This document shows, in pieces, positions 36,809 to 49,387 of a stretch of 64,000 nucleotides of DNA. Source of the DNA: Eledone cirrhosa (lineage: Eukaryota); assembly GCA_964016885.1 (NCBI GenBank), contig OZ024744.1, positions 89,776,001-89,840,000 of the forward strand, in the 5' to 3' direction. The notes below the pieces were generated by a model. It saw only the letters and a list, made by a program, of their open reading frames with translations, had not been told where the DNA came from and searched no databases. The position numbers and the translations under genes are program-made. Position 1 is the stretch's first letter. Every line of letters starts with the position of its first letter.

Positions 36809-36887
36809 CATACATACATACATACATACATACATACATACATACATACATACATACATACATACATACATACATACATACATACAT

Positions 36888-37423
36888 AGTAGTGGAGATT
36901 AGCTGACCAGCAGATGCCAATATAATATCAAAGATTAGTGAAAAGGAGAATATTTATGCAGAACTGATGAGAAATCTGCAGATACTCCACCCTGATTACA
37001 CCTTCAGATTTATGCCTGTGATTATTGGAGCACTGGGGTATGTTAGTAACTGCCTCAATACAAATCTTGAGAAGCTAAGCTTCACAGGAACAGAAATAAC
37101 ACAACTAGTTAGGAAATTACAAGTACAATCCATTAATGGAACAGTAAAAATATGTAAAACATTCCAAAAATGTTGCATCTAATAACTGCATATACACATG
37201 TACAGATACTAAGCATATAGACATGCACACATACAACACAAAACATACACATCCACACATACAATAACATCCATATCTACACATGCAGACATACATACAT
37301 ATCTACCTAGTTGATGTTGTGTAAATTCCAATGAGAGAGTCTTGTGTCTATGTTCGAAACCGACTCTCTCTCTCTATTGGTAAAACTTTGTGAAATTATA
37401 AAACCAGAAGAACATACATACAT
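36888..37423 (+). mobile_element. R4/Dong-like LINE 3' fragment (RLE C-terminus) inserted in (TACA)n
   Basis: VVEIS*PAD..KENIYAEL..FMPVIIGALG. Ends in a CATACATACATA tail. Confidence 0.75.
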
Positions 37424-38680
37424 AGAAACCATCAAAGGCACACAAGAACTGCCCCAATGGTTATCAACTCCCACTACTCTCCTCATATTTCCAGACCACC
37501 CTTGCTAAAAATTACCGTCCAATAGCCTACCAGAACATCATGTATAAATTATACACTGGGTGCCTTAATCTATTCTTACAGGATCATTGTGCTACCAACA
37601 ACATTATAACACCTGAGAAAGCTGGTGGAAAGAAGGAGGTGTGGGGCTGCATAGATCACCTACTAATAAATAAAATGATACAGGAAAAAAACAAAAGAGA
37701 ATCGCAGGAACATGATTGTGGTGTGGCTGGACTATCAGAAAACTTTTCATAGTGTACCTCGTGGCTTTACAGTTAGCCAAAGTCCCACAACCACTAGTAG
37801 CTGCTATTGAAGGCCTGACCAAGAACTGGTACACGAATTTGATCCTTAGCGGGTAGAAAGGGCAAATTGATACAATACACTGCCAGAAAGACATATTTCA
37901 AGATGATAGCTTATCAGTGCTGCTCTTCGTCCTCTCACTAAACCCACTATCATACATGCTCACACAACAAAGTAGGCATAGAAGTAGGTCCAGAAGTATC
38001 TCCCATATTTTCTTTGTTGATGACCTGAAGTTGTATGGGCCAAAGGGCCAAAGGGCCAAATACCAACTGTATTAAAAAACAATTGGACCTTATTACACAA
38101 TTTTCTGCAGACATCAGAATGAAATTTTGTGAGTCCAAATTTGCATATTTTACACTAAAACGTGGAAGGGTTGTTGGTGCCCTCCTCTGGAAATCTAGGG
38201 ATGAATGGCTTGACAATACAATCTCTACAGTCATGTGATAACTACAGATATGTTGGACAGAATGAGAATGTCAGATATGATGGACCCATAAATAAGGAGA
38301 GAACCAGAACTGAATACCACAGGACAGTAAACAGAATATGGTCATCAGAAGTATCAGCGTACAACAAATACATTGCCCACAATACTTATGCTGTGCCAAT
38401 TCTAACGCCAACATTTGGTCTGCTGAACTGGTCATTGCAAGAACTAAGTGAGATGGATGTAAGAACTCGCAAGTTTCTCAGTGTTACTGGGAACTTTAAC
38501 ATCAATGGTGATGTGGATAGGCTATACTTCTCACGCAAGGAAGGTGGCCGGGTCTAAAATCCATATTAGCATCATACGAGACCCGGATAGTAACACTGAA
38601 GCAACACCTGCAACAGAAGAAAAAGGTTGGCAACCATCTTGCCCAGGTTGCAAACTTGACTGTCACCACACATTATGAAC
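37424..38680 (+). pseudogene. R4/Dong-like reverse transcriptase fragment, heavily mutated
   Basis: NYRPIA..MYKLYTG, GCIDHLLIN, IFQDDSLS, FVDDLKLY, YRYVG, NTYAVP, RLYFSRKEGGR. Confidence 0.82.
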
Positions 38681-38884
38681 CTGAAGATTGCGAAAGCATG
38701 AAAGTACTTGTTCAATTAACACTTAACATTTAATATTCTACCATACTATTTCATTCTAATACCATTATAAATTTTAAAGGATTGTAAATAAAACGAGTAA
38801 ATCAGACAAAGTTGGAATTCCTTTTATTAATATAATCTTCTATACACAATCATACACACCCGTGTATATTTATCTATCTATCTA

Positions 38885-38988
<104 letters not shown>

Positions 38989-39045
38989 GAGTTTATGTTG
39001 GTTGTATACCAACACCTAAGTGTTGTCTATACCATACTAATTCAA

Positions 39046-39100
39046 ACTGCCTGAAGAGGTCACAGCCAAAGATGGCTGTCACTGAAATATATATAGCAGT
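39046..39100 (+). ncRNA. Type I hammerhead ribozyme
   Basis: ACTGC-CTGAAGA-(G..ACAGCCA aaga TGGCTGT..T)-GAAA-TATATA-TA-GCAGT, within a short insert between (GA)n and (TA)n. Confidence 0.8.
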
Positions 39101-39140
39101 AATAAACGAAGCTAAATTTTAATCATTTGACTTTTATTTA

Positions 39141-39233
<93 letters not shown>

Positions 39234-39451
39234 GGATTAACAAGTAATAGTTAAATGCAGTCCACTTAGGTGAAGTCCAGTTATGGTATTCCAGGTAGTG
39301 GATGATATTAACGCGTGGCTTGGTTTAACTCAACAAGGCGTTTTCATAGTGATGCTGCGAGTATGCCGTAATTCCTATGTTGTAAACACTTGGAGTAATA
39401 ATAAATCAGGAAAGAAGGTTTACATGGTTTGCTATACAAAAAAGTTTTTAA

Positions 39452-39570
39452 TCACATAGCTTACATTTGTTTCACTGAACTGGTATGTCTAGAGATCGCT
39501 ATCCGCTTAATTTTGCGTTACTCGATCGCCAATACAGAATTATAACCAGTCAGATCTTCGGAGCATGCGA
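39452..39570 (-). ncRNA. Hammerhead-like motif with CCGAAGA core and long stem II
   Basis: TCGCATGCT-CCGAAGA-TCTGACTGGT..ACCAGTTCAGT-GAAA-CAAATG-TA-AGCTATGTGA. Confidence 0.55.
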
Positions 39571-39971
39571 GAATGAAGAAAATACACAGGTAAGAAAAGA
39601 AAAGAAAATACAGGCTACTATATGAAGTAGTAATGGCATTCAATTAGAACAATAACAACAATTACAACAATGCTATCAATAAATTATTTAAGGAGACCCT
39701 GACATTATTTAGGTGGGGGGGTATATAATGTATCTAATGTTACGGCGTGTAAAACTAGCTGTCATAAGGCAAAATGAAGCGTTGACATGTACAAAGTATC
39801 GTAGTGTATATCAATTTTAAATTATAAAGATAAGCTAGTTTTTACAGTCTTTCACTTCATCTTCAACAGTATACATGAGTGGGACCACTGTCAAAGCTAA
39901 ATAGTTGTAGAGTTAATACAGAGGTTAACGAATTAATATACGCATATATTTACGCACACACACACACACAT

Positions 39972-40004
<33 letters not shown>

Positions 40005-40322
40005 CACATGCATGTGTACATAGACACATACATACACATCAATATACACTCGTACAAAAATATACATACATGCAAAGAGAAAAGCGTGCTAATTGTAATT
40101 ATGGCAAAAAGAAGGTAAAGTAACATTGTAGTAGTGAAATGAGAAAAACTAGGATTTAGGATCAAATGATGGCAGCAGCTGAGAAGGAGTAAGATTGTTG
40201 GTAGATGAGGTACTTACAGACAATTGTGTGGTATAGACTTGTGAAGGATAAAGTATACTTAATGAATATATTTCTGTGGGTAGTAGGTATCCTAATTTAA
40301 AGCTATGTTATGTTGGTTCGAT

Positions 40323-41108
40323 TCACGGAGGTTTGAATCTTATGAATTTAGTGGCTATTCTATGTCTGCAGAAGATAGATCTTTCTAACTTATTGTTAAG
40401 TAGCCTTTTAACATTTCTAAGGATATACAATAGCTCAAGATCACACAGCCCGCAATAGGACATCCCTGTACTATAGGTTTTAGCAGCCGACAACTTCGAC
40501 CAGTTGATACTGTAGTTAGTGTTGCTGTCCTTCAATTCCCATATTTTTCTGGCGAGGGTGGTGGAACCCATAAGTGCACGGTTTTTCATTGAGTGCCTGT
40601 GCACATACCATCTTTTCTTAAAAGAACCCGCGGTGGATCCTATGTAATTCCAGGTGGAGTTACCCGAGATGACAGTGCACATGTACACCAGGCTCGAATC
40701 GAGACATCTGTTCGCCAATGGGCACCTATCTGGGAGGTGACAGTTACAGTTTGAGGCGCTATTTTGTGCAGCTTCTACATTCCTGTTTAGTACTCTGTTA
40801 TAAGTGGGTTGTGATATATGCCCAATGGGGTTTTGCTGCTGCGCGTTTGTATGCGCTTGTGGTTGTGATGTTGTGATGAGTTTGTGCTTATGTATAGGTG
40901 CAATTGATTTACTAGAGATATTTCTGTGGTTGATCTTGCGTATGTGTGATTCTATGTTAGCTGCTGTTGAGAATGAGAGTTTTATAGTAGATCTATTGAG
41001 TATTTTGTGATATCTATGCGAGATAGGGAAGTGTTTATCTATTAGTTTAAAGAATGTAGAGGGCAGTCTAGTTTTTATAGAGGAGTTGAATATTGGGTTG
41101 AACCATAG
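40323..41108 (-). CDS. Penelope-like ORF, partial: linker plus GIY-YIG endonuclease
   Basis: LWFNPIFN, LIDKHFP, TIKLSFS, CNC..CPL..CL, LVYMC..YIGST, FKKRWYVH, CGLCDLE, FCRH. Homologous to 24485-25807. Confidence 0.85.
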   Translation of the reverse strand, partial: LWFNPIFNSSIKTRLPSTFFKLIDKHFPISHRYHKILNRSTIKLSFSTAANIESHIRKINHRNISSKSIAPIHKHKLITTSQPQAHTNAQQQNPIGHISQPTYNRVLNRNVEAAQNSASNCNCHLPDRCPLANRCLDSSLVYMCTVISGNSTWNYIGSTAGSFKKRWYVHRHSMKNRALMGSTTLARKIWELKDSNTNYSINWSKLSAAKTYSTGMSYCGLCDLELLYILRNVKRLLNNKLERSIFCRHRIATKFIRFKPP

Positions 41109-41190
41109 ACATACCAGTTCAGTGAAACAAATGTAAGCTATGTGATTAAAAACTTTTTTGTATAGCAAACCATGTAAACCTTCTTTCCTG

Positions 41191-41258
<68 letters not shown>

Positions 41259-41264
<6 letters not shown>

Positions 41265-42230
41265 GTGAGGTTTTTTTTTACAAAATGAAAAATAACCGAG
41301 GTGTCCTACACGAGTGAAAGTATAAAGAAAAAGAGATGAAATCGAAAATGCAACTGAAGTTTTATTTTAAAAAAAAATATATATATTTATTTGGTTCCTT
41401 TACCGGTTTCGCAGTTCTTCTGCTTTTCAAAAGGTGAGTTGAGATGGAGGGTCTGTGGTTTTTCTCACATCTGGTTGGTCTCTGAATGTTACTTGTTTTA
41501 TATGGAAAAAGTGGCTCGAAATTCCAGGTTTTTCGAGAAGTAATTTGATTGGTTTGTCAATAATTATAATAAATTTCGCGCCAGTTCGCGTTACAATAGT
41601 TCTTCAAATAAGAGAGGGGGGGAGGGGGTTGTCACAGGTTGTTTTTTCATATATGAGTGTTTGAATTTCTTTTTACTTGAAAAAAGGAGGCTCACGAAGG
41701 CTTTTTTTTGGTTGGTTATAAATGAAATTTGGCTGTCACGTGAACAAGTTTTTATTACATTTTTGCGCCCTTATTTGGAAAACTATTCTGTAGTCTTTAT
41801 AGTGAATGTTATGACAATGGAGAGATAGTGGTCAAGAGAAAAGGGATTGGGAGAAATGTTCTGGTTCAGTGAATATGGCCAGCTCGCCGGGGTGTCAGAG
41901 TTCAGATTTTCTATTGAGACTGAAGATATGTATGTTTATTTGTGTGCTTGTGTGTGTGTATGTGTGTGTGTGTATGTGTGTATTGGAAGATGATTCTATT
42001 AGTAGAGATTGGGGAGGGAGTTGTGTGTGTGTGTATATGGGTGTTATGTGTGTGTGCGCGAGTATGTTAAGATGGAGAGAATATATATTTTGTGTGTGTG
42101 TATATATATATGTGTGTAGGAAAGTGGTTCTATTAGTAGAAATGGGGAGGGAGTTGTAGGTGTGGGGGTTGTTATGTGTGTGTATGGGTGTTATGTGTGT
42201 GGGAGTATGGTTAGCATGTTAAGATGAAGA
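41259..42230 (-). mobile_element. Family C element: pLTR with U3:A8 hammerhead plus a longer decayed upstream body
   Basis: 41259-41478 is near-identical to 59658-59875. Bounded by (TA)n. The body may be a decayed GIY-YIG relic (weak evidence). Confidence 0.6.
41397..41434 (-). ncRNA. Minimal hammerhead, U3:A8 variant
   Basis: CCTT-TTGAAAA-GCAG(AAGAA)CTGC-GAAA-CCGG-TA-AAGG. Confidence 0.68.
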
Positions 42231-42232
42231 GA

Positions 42233-42263
<31 letters not shown>

Positions 42264-42310
42264 TATATATATATATATTATATATTATATATATATATAT
42301 ATATATTTGT

Positions 42311-42529
42311 GTGAAGGCGTATGACTGAGTTGGTTAGAGAATTGGGTTCACAATCGTGAGGTTATGAGTTCGATTCCCGGATCGGGTGATGCGTTATGTC
42401 CTTGAGCAAGACACTTTATTTCACATTGCTCCTTCTACCTGGAGTTGCGACCGATAGATAGTATCAGCAATTGGAAAGACCAATGGAAACATTGTTTCCT
42501 TGGTCCGATTTGACGAAAGTCGATCGAAA

Positions 42530-42530
<1 letters not shown>
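42311..42530 (+). mobile_element. tRNA-derived SINE (head shared with 12070-12392, different 3' part)
   Basis: TGAAGGCG..TGGTTAG..GAGTTCGATTCCC..GTCCTTGAGCAAGACAC. Second copy at 44642-44862 and a 3' fragment at 47156-47215. Confidence 0.75.
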
Positions 42531-42580
<50 letters not shown>

Positions 42581-42869
42581 CTAGCCAACCTCTTGACAAT
42601 ATTTGTACATCAAATGCTCACTTATAGCCGGACAACCAACATCTAGTTCTTTACTATGGTGAGCATATCAAAACGTGGGGAGATTTTTTTAAAGGTTTCT
42701 GGTTAACTTTCCTGGAGAACTTTCTCGCATTCATCGGTTGCGTTTGTCAAACCGATCTCAGGTTGTGTTGTGATATGTCACTCTATATATGAGATTTTCC
42801 TTATAATGAAGCTTTAAAACTCCATGATTTTAAGACTAATATTAATTACAAAAAAATTATTATTTTTAG

Positions 42870-43619
42870 TATAGGGACAAGACCAGTAATTTGGAGGGGG
42901 TAAAGTTGATTAAATCGACCTCAGTACGTTACTGGTACTTTATTTTATCGACCCCGTAAGGATGAAAGGCACAGTTAACCTCGGCCGGATTTGAACTCAG
43001 ACCGTAAAGGGCCGTAACTCTATGCTGCAAAGCATGGCGCTCGACCCTCTACCGATGCTGCCAATCCCCCTCCCTTAATTATACAAAAATAATAGTACTA
43101 ATTTTAATTTTCAGACACGGAAGAAGAGAAATAATTATTTTAGTCTTAATGTAAGTAATACTTATTAAATTTATATTATATATCAATATATAATAACAAC
43201 CATCAAGACGAACAAATACTGGCTGGTCACATCTCGCGACTCAGTGACAACAGATGGACGATCAGAATGATTAAATGGACAAGATTAAAAGGACTTGGCC
43301 CTCATGGCCAAGACAAGCAAGGGGCATAAGTTGGTGGAAGGAGTCCAGAGTGGGGTTCCTCCTCTGTGAGTGATTTCAAGACCCTGGATCAAGATCAATT
43401 TATTAGATGAATATTTTCCTTGAAATCGTTATTATAACGATTAATTGTTTCTACTCTAGGCACAAGGCCAGCAATTACCCAGTGCATTACTGGTACTTTA
43501 TTTTATCGACCCCGTAAGGATGAAAGGCAAAGTCAACCTCGGCGGGATTTGAACTCAGATCGTAAAGGGACGTAACTATGCTGGAAAGCATCTCTACCGA
43601 TACTGCCAATCCACCGCCC
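42870..43619 (-). mobile_element. Two Meta-like SINEs (42870-43075, 43444-43619) flanking a decayed RTE 3' relic on + (43205-43410)
   Basis: SINE motifs. The relic translates as AGHISRLSDNRWTIRMIKW. Confidence 0.7.
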
Positions 43620-43691
43620 GTTATTATAACGATTAATGAGTTTTAATAGCAATGGTGTTAAATAAGACTTTAATTGTATACATAATATTAA

Positions 43692-43910
43692 CCCTTTAAT
43701 GTTCAAACCGGCCAAAACTGGCCAGAATTCTCTACCGCTTTCTGTTGAAACTGGCTGTAACTGGTCGCTCAAACTGATCATAAGGTATTGTTCTCAAAAT
43801 AAATACTTTCAAAATCTCATAAATTCGATATTATGTGAGATATTATGCGAGGTAAAGACTTTACCATGAAAATATAATAGTATATACAGAGTAATATAAA
43901 TTCTAAAGGG
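43692..43910. mobile_element. piggyBac-like MITE
   Basis: TTAA|CCCTTTA ... TAAAGGG|TTAA termini with TTAA duplication. Confidence 0.65.
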
Positions 43911-44084
43911 TTAAGCAACCATTTGTATCCAATTCTTACCGTTGATACAATTGGTTTAATCCATTAAATTACTCATTTAATGATTTAGGTATTTCGAAAT
44001 CCGTAAAGTATCGTATTTAAAGTTAATTATTCAGTTTCTAAGGATTATTACGAGTTGCTTGAAAATCTTTTGAACATATGATGT

Positions 44085-44370
44085 TGAGCTGAAAAGTTCA
44101 TAGGCTGACTATGAAGGAGTGATGCTAGTGCTGTGAAATCTTGCATGCATTAAATTGAACTCTTCTTAGTAATAACTGCATTGTTACTTTCCGGGGTCTA
44201 TGTGGAAAAATAAACCTCATTTGGTCATTCCATTAGAGTATCTTGGTCAGCCTATGAATATTTCAGTCAACCCTCGTACAAGAGTAGACTGAAAAGTTCA
44301 TAGTCTGACTATAAAGAGTTATGCTAGAGCTGTGAAATCTTGCATGCATTAATTTGAACTCTTCCTAATA
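44085..44370. mobile_element. Mariner-type MITE copies (same family as 35246-35445)
   Basis: CTGAAAAGTTCATAGGCTGAC / GTCAGCCTATGAATATTTCAG..CCCTCGTA. Confidence 0.75.
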
Positions 44371-44641
44371 ATTGTTTCTACTCTATGCACAAGGCCAGCA
44401 AATTACCCAGTACATTACTGGTACTTTATTTTATCGACCCCGTAAGGATAACTACATTATTTCTTTCCAGGGACTGTAACAAATAATTTAGCGCAATATA
44501 TGCAAGTACATTTGGTTTTTAAAACATAACATATCAGAAAGTATAAAATTATTTGGACGCTATTAGAATATGCAAATTATTAGAATAATTGACGTAACGA
44601 TGGTTGTGATTTTTATATAGGGAGTGGTATATATATTAAGA

Positions 44642-44862
44642 GTGAAGGCGCGTGGCTGTGTGGTGTCATAATTGAATTCGCAATCGCGAGGTTGTGAGTT
44701 CTGTTCCTGAACCGGGCGATGCGTTATCTCTTTGAGCAAGACACTTTATTTTACGTTGCTCCTTCTACCTGGAGTTGCGACAAATAGAGAGAGTATTAAC
44801 AATTGGAAAGACCAACGGAAACATTGTTTCCTCGCTCTGATTTGAATGAAGTCGATCGACTG
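44642..44862 (+). mobile_element. tRNA-derived SINE
   Basis: Homologous to 42311-42530. Confidence 0.75.
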
Positions 44863-45564
44863 TCAATATATATTAATCCAAATGTACAGAATTTTTTTTT
44901 TTTTTTTTTAGTTTTTGTCGCCTTAAGTCGAAATTATTTATGAACCTTTTTTAAATGTCTGACTGGTGAATACCGCGCATAGTTCAATCATTGTAATATG
45001 AACCAAGGTTTTCAATCATATTGTAATATGAACCTTTCGTGGTCAATAAATTAAAGAGTTTGTTGAAAACAAAATGTCCAGCACGTGAACGCAGAATAGT
45101 CTGGAATTATAGTGTTTGTTATATGATCTAAAGACATTAAGCGGAGGTTTTCTATTGTGAACTTGTATCGGATATTCAACCATTTTTTACTGCTGTATTT
45201 AAATATATAATTAGCTCATTCATTTCTTTTATTGCTTGAGAACCGGTAAATGTTAAAACTGAGAGCTACAATTTATGGGATCTCAGCTTATAATAAGTTT
45301 ATTAGATTACTTTATTTTGTTCTATTCAATTTTCTCTTCCTTGGATCACACTGCTGCTGTGTTTTTCCATCCTATAAATACGTACGTGTGTGTGCGCGCA
45401 CAAACACAGGCGCACAAACACAGAGAGAGAGAGAGAGAGAGACATACACACACGCACACACACACAGAGACACAAATACACAGAGACACACACAACACAC
45501 GCACGAACACACACAGATACACACAGACACACACACACTCACACAGACACACACACTCACACAG

Positions 45565-45596
<32 letters not shown>

Positions 45597-45859
45597 TCAG
45601 ACACACAGAGACACACACACACAAACACACGCACGCAGACACAGACACAGACACACACAGAGACACACACAAACACACACACACACAGACGCACACACAG
45701 GCACAGACATACACATAGTATTTCTTATACAGATCACATGCGCCATCGTCGCTTACAATACAATCTATTTATCTCCCTTATCTCCTTATCTAGATATTCA
45801 TTCTTATATAACTGTATGATCGTCTAAACCTTCACGATCAAGATTAACCCCCTTCTCTC

Positions 45860-45911
<52 letters not shown>

Positions 45912-45913
<2 letters not shown>

Positions 45914-46137
45914 CGAAGGAAATGTGGTAAGGAACCAGATGGACCATAACGCACCAGAGTACTCAATACTTAGAGTAGTAGAGTGGGAAATAGGAAAAAA
46001 GTATGACTCCGACGGCAGAGCTCAAGCCGTTTCGACGGCTATTTCTGGACTAAATTAGAATTTTTAGCCTCTAATTTAGTCCAGAAATAGCCGTCGAAAC
46101 GGCTTGAGCTCTGCCGTCGGGGTCAAACTTTTTCCTA
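45912..46137. mobile_element. Family B fold-back element
   Basis: Palindrome centred near 46064 (GACGGCTATTTCTGGACTAAATTAGA / TCTAATTTAGTCCAGAAATAGCCGTC) with a one-sided tail. TA flanks. Confidence 0.78.
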
Positions 46138-46249
46138 TATATATATATATGTGTGTGTGTGTGTAAAAGATAAACAGAAATAACAACACAATCGGTACAG
46201 TATATGGAAGGAATATTTTAGGTTAACGCTTGATATAGCAGGAAGAGGG

Positions 46250-46285
46250 TCTTAACGTTTCCGACGCTAGTCCTTCATCAGAAGA
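46250..46285 (-). ncRNA. Minimal hammerhead (family D)
   Basis: TCTT-CTGATGA-AGGAC(TAGC)GTCG-GAAA-CG-TT-AAGA. Confidence 0.68.
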
Positions 46286-46715
46286 AAGAATGAGAAATAA
46301 GATAGATTGAAGAGACGGGCGGGTTGGAATTGGAAAAAATGTCTTTAGATAAAAATAACAGGTCCATTCATGTTGTCATCTCTTGGAAAACTGTTGGTGC
46401 TGGCGTTTTGTGTATGATTTGTTTTTTTGTTGTTGTCTGTGTGTCTGTGTGTGTGTCCTCATTTTTGCAATGTCTATACAAATCCACATTTCCACTCCGA
46501 TTGACTTCAAACTTGCATTTATATATTTCTTGCGCTCTAAAGATACTAACTGCAGCTTTTATTTTTCAATTTTCTGTTGTTCAAGGGGTGTTAGGCGCTG
46601 GTTTATCCATCTCCGTCGAGCCCTTATAATATCTGTCTGTATGACTGGCTGTCTGCATAACGACATTCAGACGAACACGTCATTGCTGACGTATTATCTT
46701 CGCTACACACACACA

Positions 46716-46769
<54 letters not shown>

Positions 46770-46834
46770 CATATATACTTATATATACACATATATATAT
46801 ACACATATATACACATACACACACATATATACAG

Positions 46835-46884
<50 letters not shown>

Positions 46885-46890
<6 letters not shown>

Positions 46891-47058
46891 TGCATCTCCA
46901 ACAGACCAGTGTCTGTCCTTAGGGCATCAACATATGTTAACCTTGGTCTTCCTCTTCTAGTGTGTCCATGTTGGAGATGCAGGATATGGCAGCGATAATG
47001 AGGGACAGAGACCGCTGGAGAGAACTCGTCCATGGATCTCGGGAATTTTACCCGCCTT

Positions 47059-47060
<2 letters not shown>
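46885..47060 (+). mobile_element. RTE-X-like 3' end with inverted 5' segment
   Basis: 46885-46970 is the reverse complement of part of 26633-26717. 46969-47060 is in forward orientation. Confidence 0.8.
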
Positions 47061-47119
<59 letters not shown>

Positions 47120-47270
47120 AACACATATACACATATATATATATATATATATATATCGATCGACTTTCGTTAACTCGGACCGAGGAAACAATGTTTCCAT
47201 TGGTCTTTCCAGTTTCTATAATAACAGGAGGCTGGACTGGTGTAATTCCTTAAAAGGTTAATATATATAT

Positions 47271-47972
47271 ATACACAGATACATTGTAGGTCGCTTTACC
47301 CGTCTTCTATTATTCAAAAAAATGCTTGCCAATAAACATTAACCCTTTGTGCGCCATTCATCTAACTGTAGACCAACAAATACCAAGTAAACGGAGCGTT
47401 GACAAGAACGATGGCGAATGAATCTTCGAGGTAAGCAGTTTCCTCCCGAGCTGTTAGTTCACACGGGATTCTCTGCTACACCTTTTCGTAATAATACCGA
47501 ACAACGTACTGCTGGTCACTACTTCCTCCAAAAGCGGACATGTGCATCGGGTAGATGGATCGGGTGCAAATCTACACGAGGCCTACGCGAGAAATTCGCA
47601 AGGGACTGCACCGAGAGGGATAGAGAGAAAGAGTAACTTAGTGGAAAGAGTGTGAATGAACTTTTGGGCTAAGTAGCCTACGCTACATATGACATATGAC
47701 ACTGGAACCTTCTGCCAACTTAACCTGTGACATTCTCTTTCATATTTACTCCAATAGGCCGAAACAGAGGAGTATGAAAAGAAGGGGCTCCACAATATTT
47801 CCATGAACAATGCACGTAGACAGCTAAACTGTACTTTCAACTTCTTAATTTTTTACAAATGAAACAAGTTTCCTGTCGGTATATTTTCGTGAGCTTTTAA
47901 CAGGCACCCACAAATAAACGTTTCTCATTGGAGGTGCTATTCTTACCCGTGCAACGCCGGGATACACTGCTA

Positions 47973-47973
<1 letters not shown>
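47271..47973 (+). mobile_element. Non-autonomous Helitron (3' end clear, 5' end uncertain)
   Basis: ACCCGTGCAACGCCGGG..CTAG|T at 47945-47974, matching the terminus at 34464-34493. TA flanks. Confidence 0.65.
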
Positions 47974-48020
<47 letters not shown>

Positions 48021-48267
48021 ACATACATATATATATATAGTATAAAAGAGAAAACACAGGTAAACATTAAGAGAAGGATTTTATCCAGGTATTTACGACC
48101 GTTATATATATATATATATAAGTATGTATACGTACATACATATATGTATACAGACGTACAGTAGTATGTAAATATATATAGATACATACACACATATATA
48201 TATGTACGTATGGATTCACCAAACATTTATTATAATGCTCGGTGTGTTTATAAACAAACATCCCGAA

Positions 48268-48467
48268 NNNNNNNNNNNNNNNNNNNNNNNNNNNNNNNNN
48301 NNNNNNNNNNNNNNNNNNNNNNNNNNNNNNNNNNNNNNNNNNNNNNNNNNNNNNNNNNNNNNNNNNNNNNNNNNNNNNNNNNNNNNNNNNNNNNNNNNNN
48401 NNNNNNNNNNNNNNNNNNNNNNNNNNNNNNNNNNNNNNNNNNNNNNNNNNNNNNNNNNNNNNNNNNN
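48268..48467. other. Assembly gap (200 N)
   Basis: Run of n. Confidence 1.
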
Positions 48468-49387
48468 CACAAAAAGGTTTATCTTAAGTTATATTTTTTT
48501 TAAGCCTATCAATTCCATATTCAAGTTTATCCTCCGGGGGTTTACAGTCTTTGATCATTATGTTATCAATAACAAGATGACGGTAAAAAAAAATAAAGCC
48601 CTCTACCGGCTACATCCCGCCATAAAGCTACAACAAAACACGCGAAGGTACACAGCTAAATATTTCAAAAATACTAAATAGACCCCTAGTTACAACAATA
48701 ACGAGAACGATGACAAGTTTAATGAGTCAGATAGTGACTCTAACAGCCAGTTAACTATCTCTCCTACTATCAAAACCATCACAACAGAGGACAACAATCA
48801 CAGCAAAAATACCACTACCACTACCACCACTACTGCTACGAGTTTCTTTTCGAGTACCTCTAAGATTTATTTCGAAACCATTCAAACAACAGACGTTACA
48901 GCCAAGCAATTTCAAAGGCCATTTCCTTTGCAAGTTCCGCAAGTTACCTAGAAAAAATGAATTTGAAGCCAGAATTAAACAATGAAAGGAGAATCGTAAA
49001 AGGGAAATGGACGAAGAGTGGTCTTGAATATCCCATCCGACATAATAGAACACGCGCATGATAATATGTCACTGCACCAGAGGAAAATAACATAGGGTGG
49101 TAAGTATAAATGAGGATTAAGAGTACAAAACCCACATCACCTGAGGAAAGTGCTATGAAACGGTGTTGTGTCAAGTTTGCTTCAGAGACAGAGACAAGAT
49201 TCCACACCTTGACACCTCTAAAGTGTGAGGGTCTATTCCTAGACCCATTCTATTGCGGTCAGTTATAAGAAAAAGTAAATCGCTCATGCGTCACTTGAAA
49301 TAGTCATTTTTTGGCTAATAGCTGCTGTCTTCTCCAACAAAATCCTCGAGGTCGTCAAGATAAGGAGGCAAAACTGGTCGGTCGTAA

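Larger units (their letters stand above)
39234..41194 (-). mobile_element. Second Penelope-like element, 5'-truncated with an inverted pLTR piece, in (TA)n
   Basis: GIY-YIG ORF. 41111-41194 is the reverse complement of 39403-39486. Hammerhead-like motif at 39452-39570. Confidence 0.85.

Noticed and set aside
48202-48681. ORFs spanning the N run
   Set aside because: They are assembly gap artefacts.
49133-49170. CTGAGGA..GAAACG hammerhead-like motif
   Set aside because: There is no cleavage triplet and stem II is poor, so it is at best a decayed relic.
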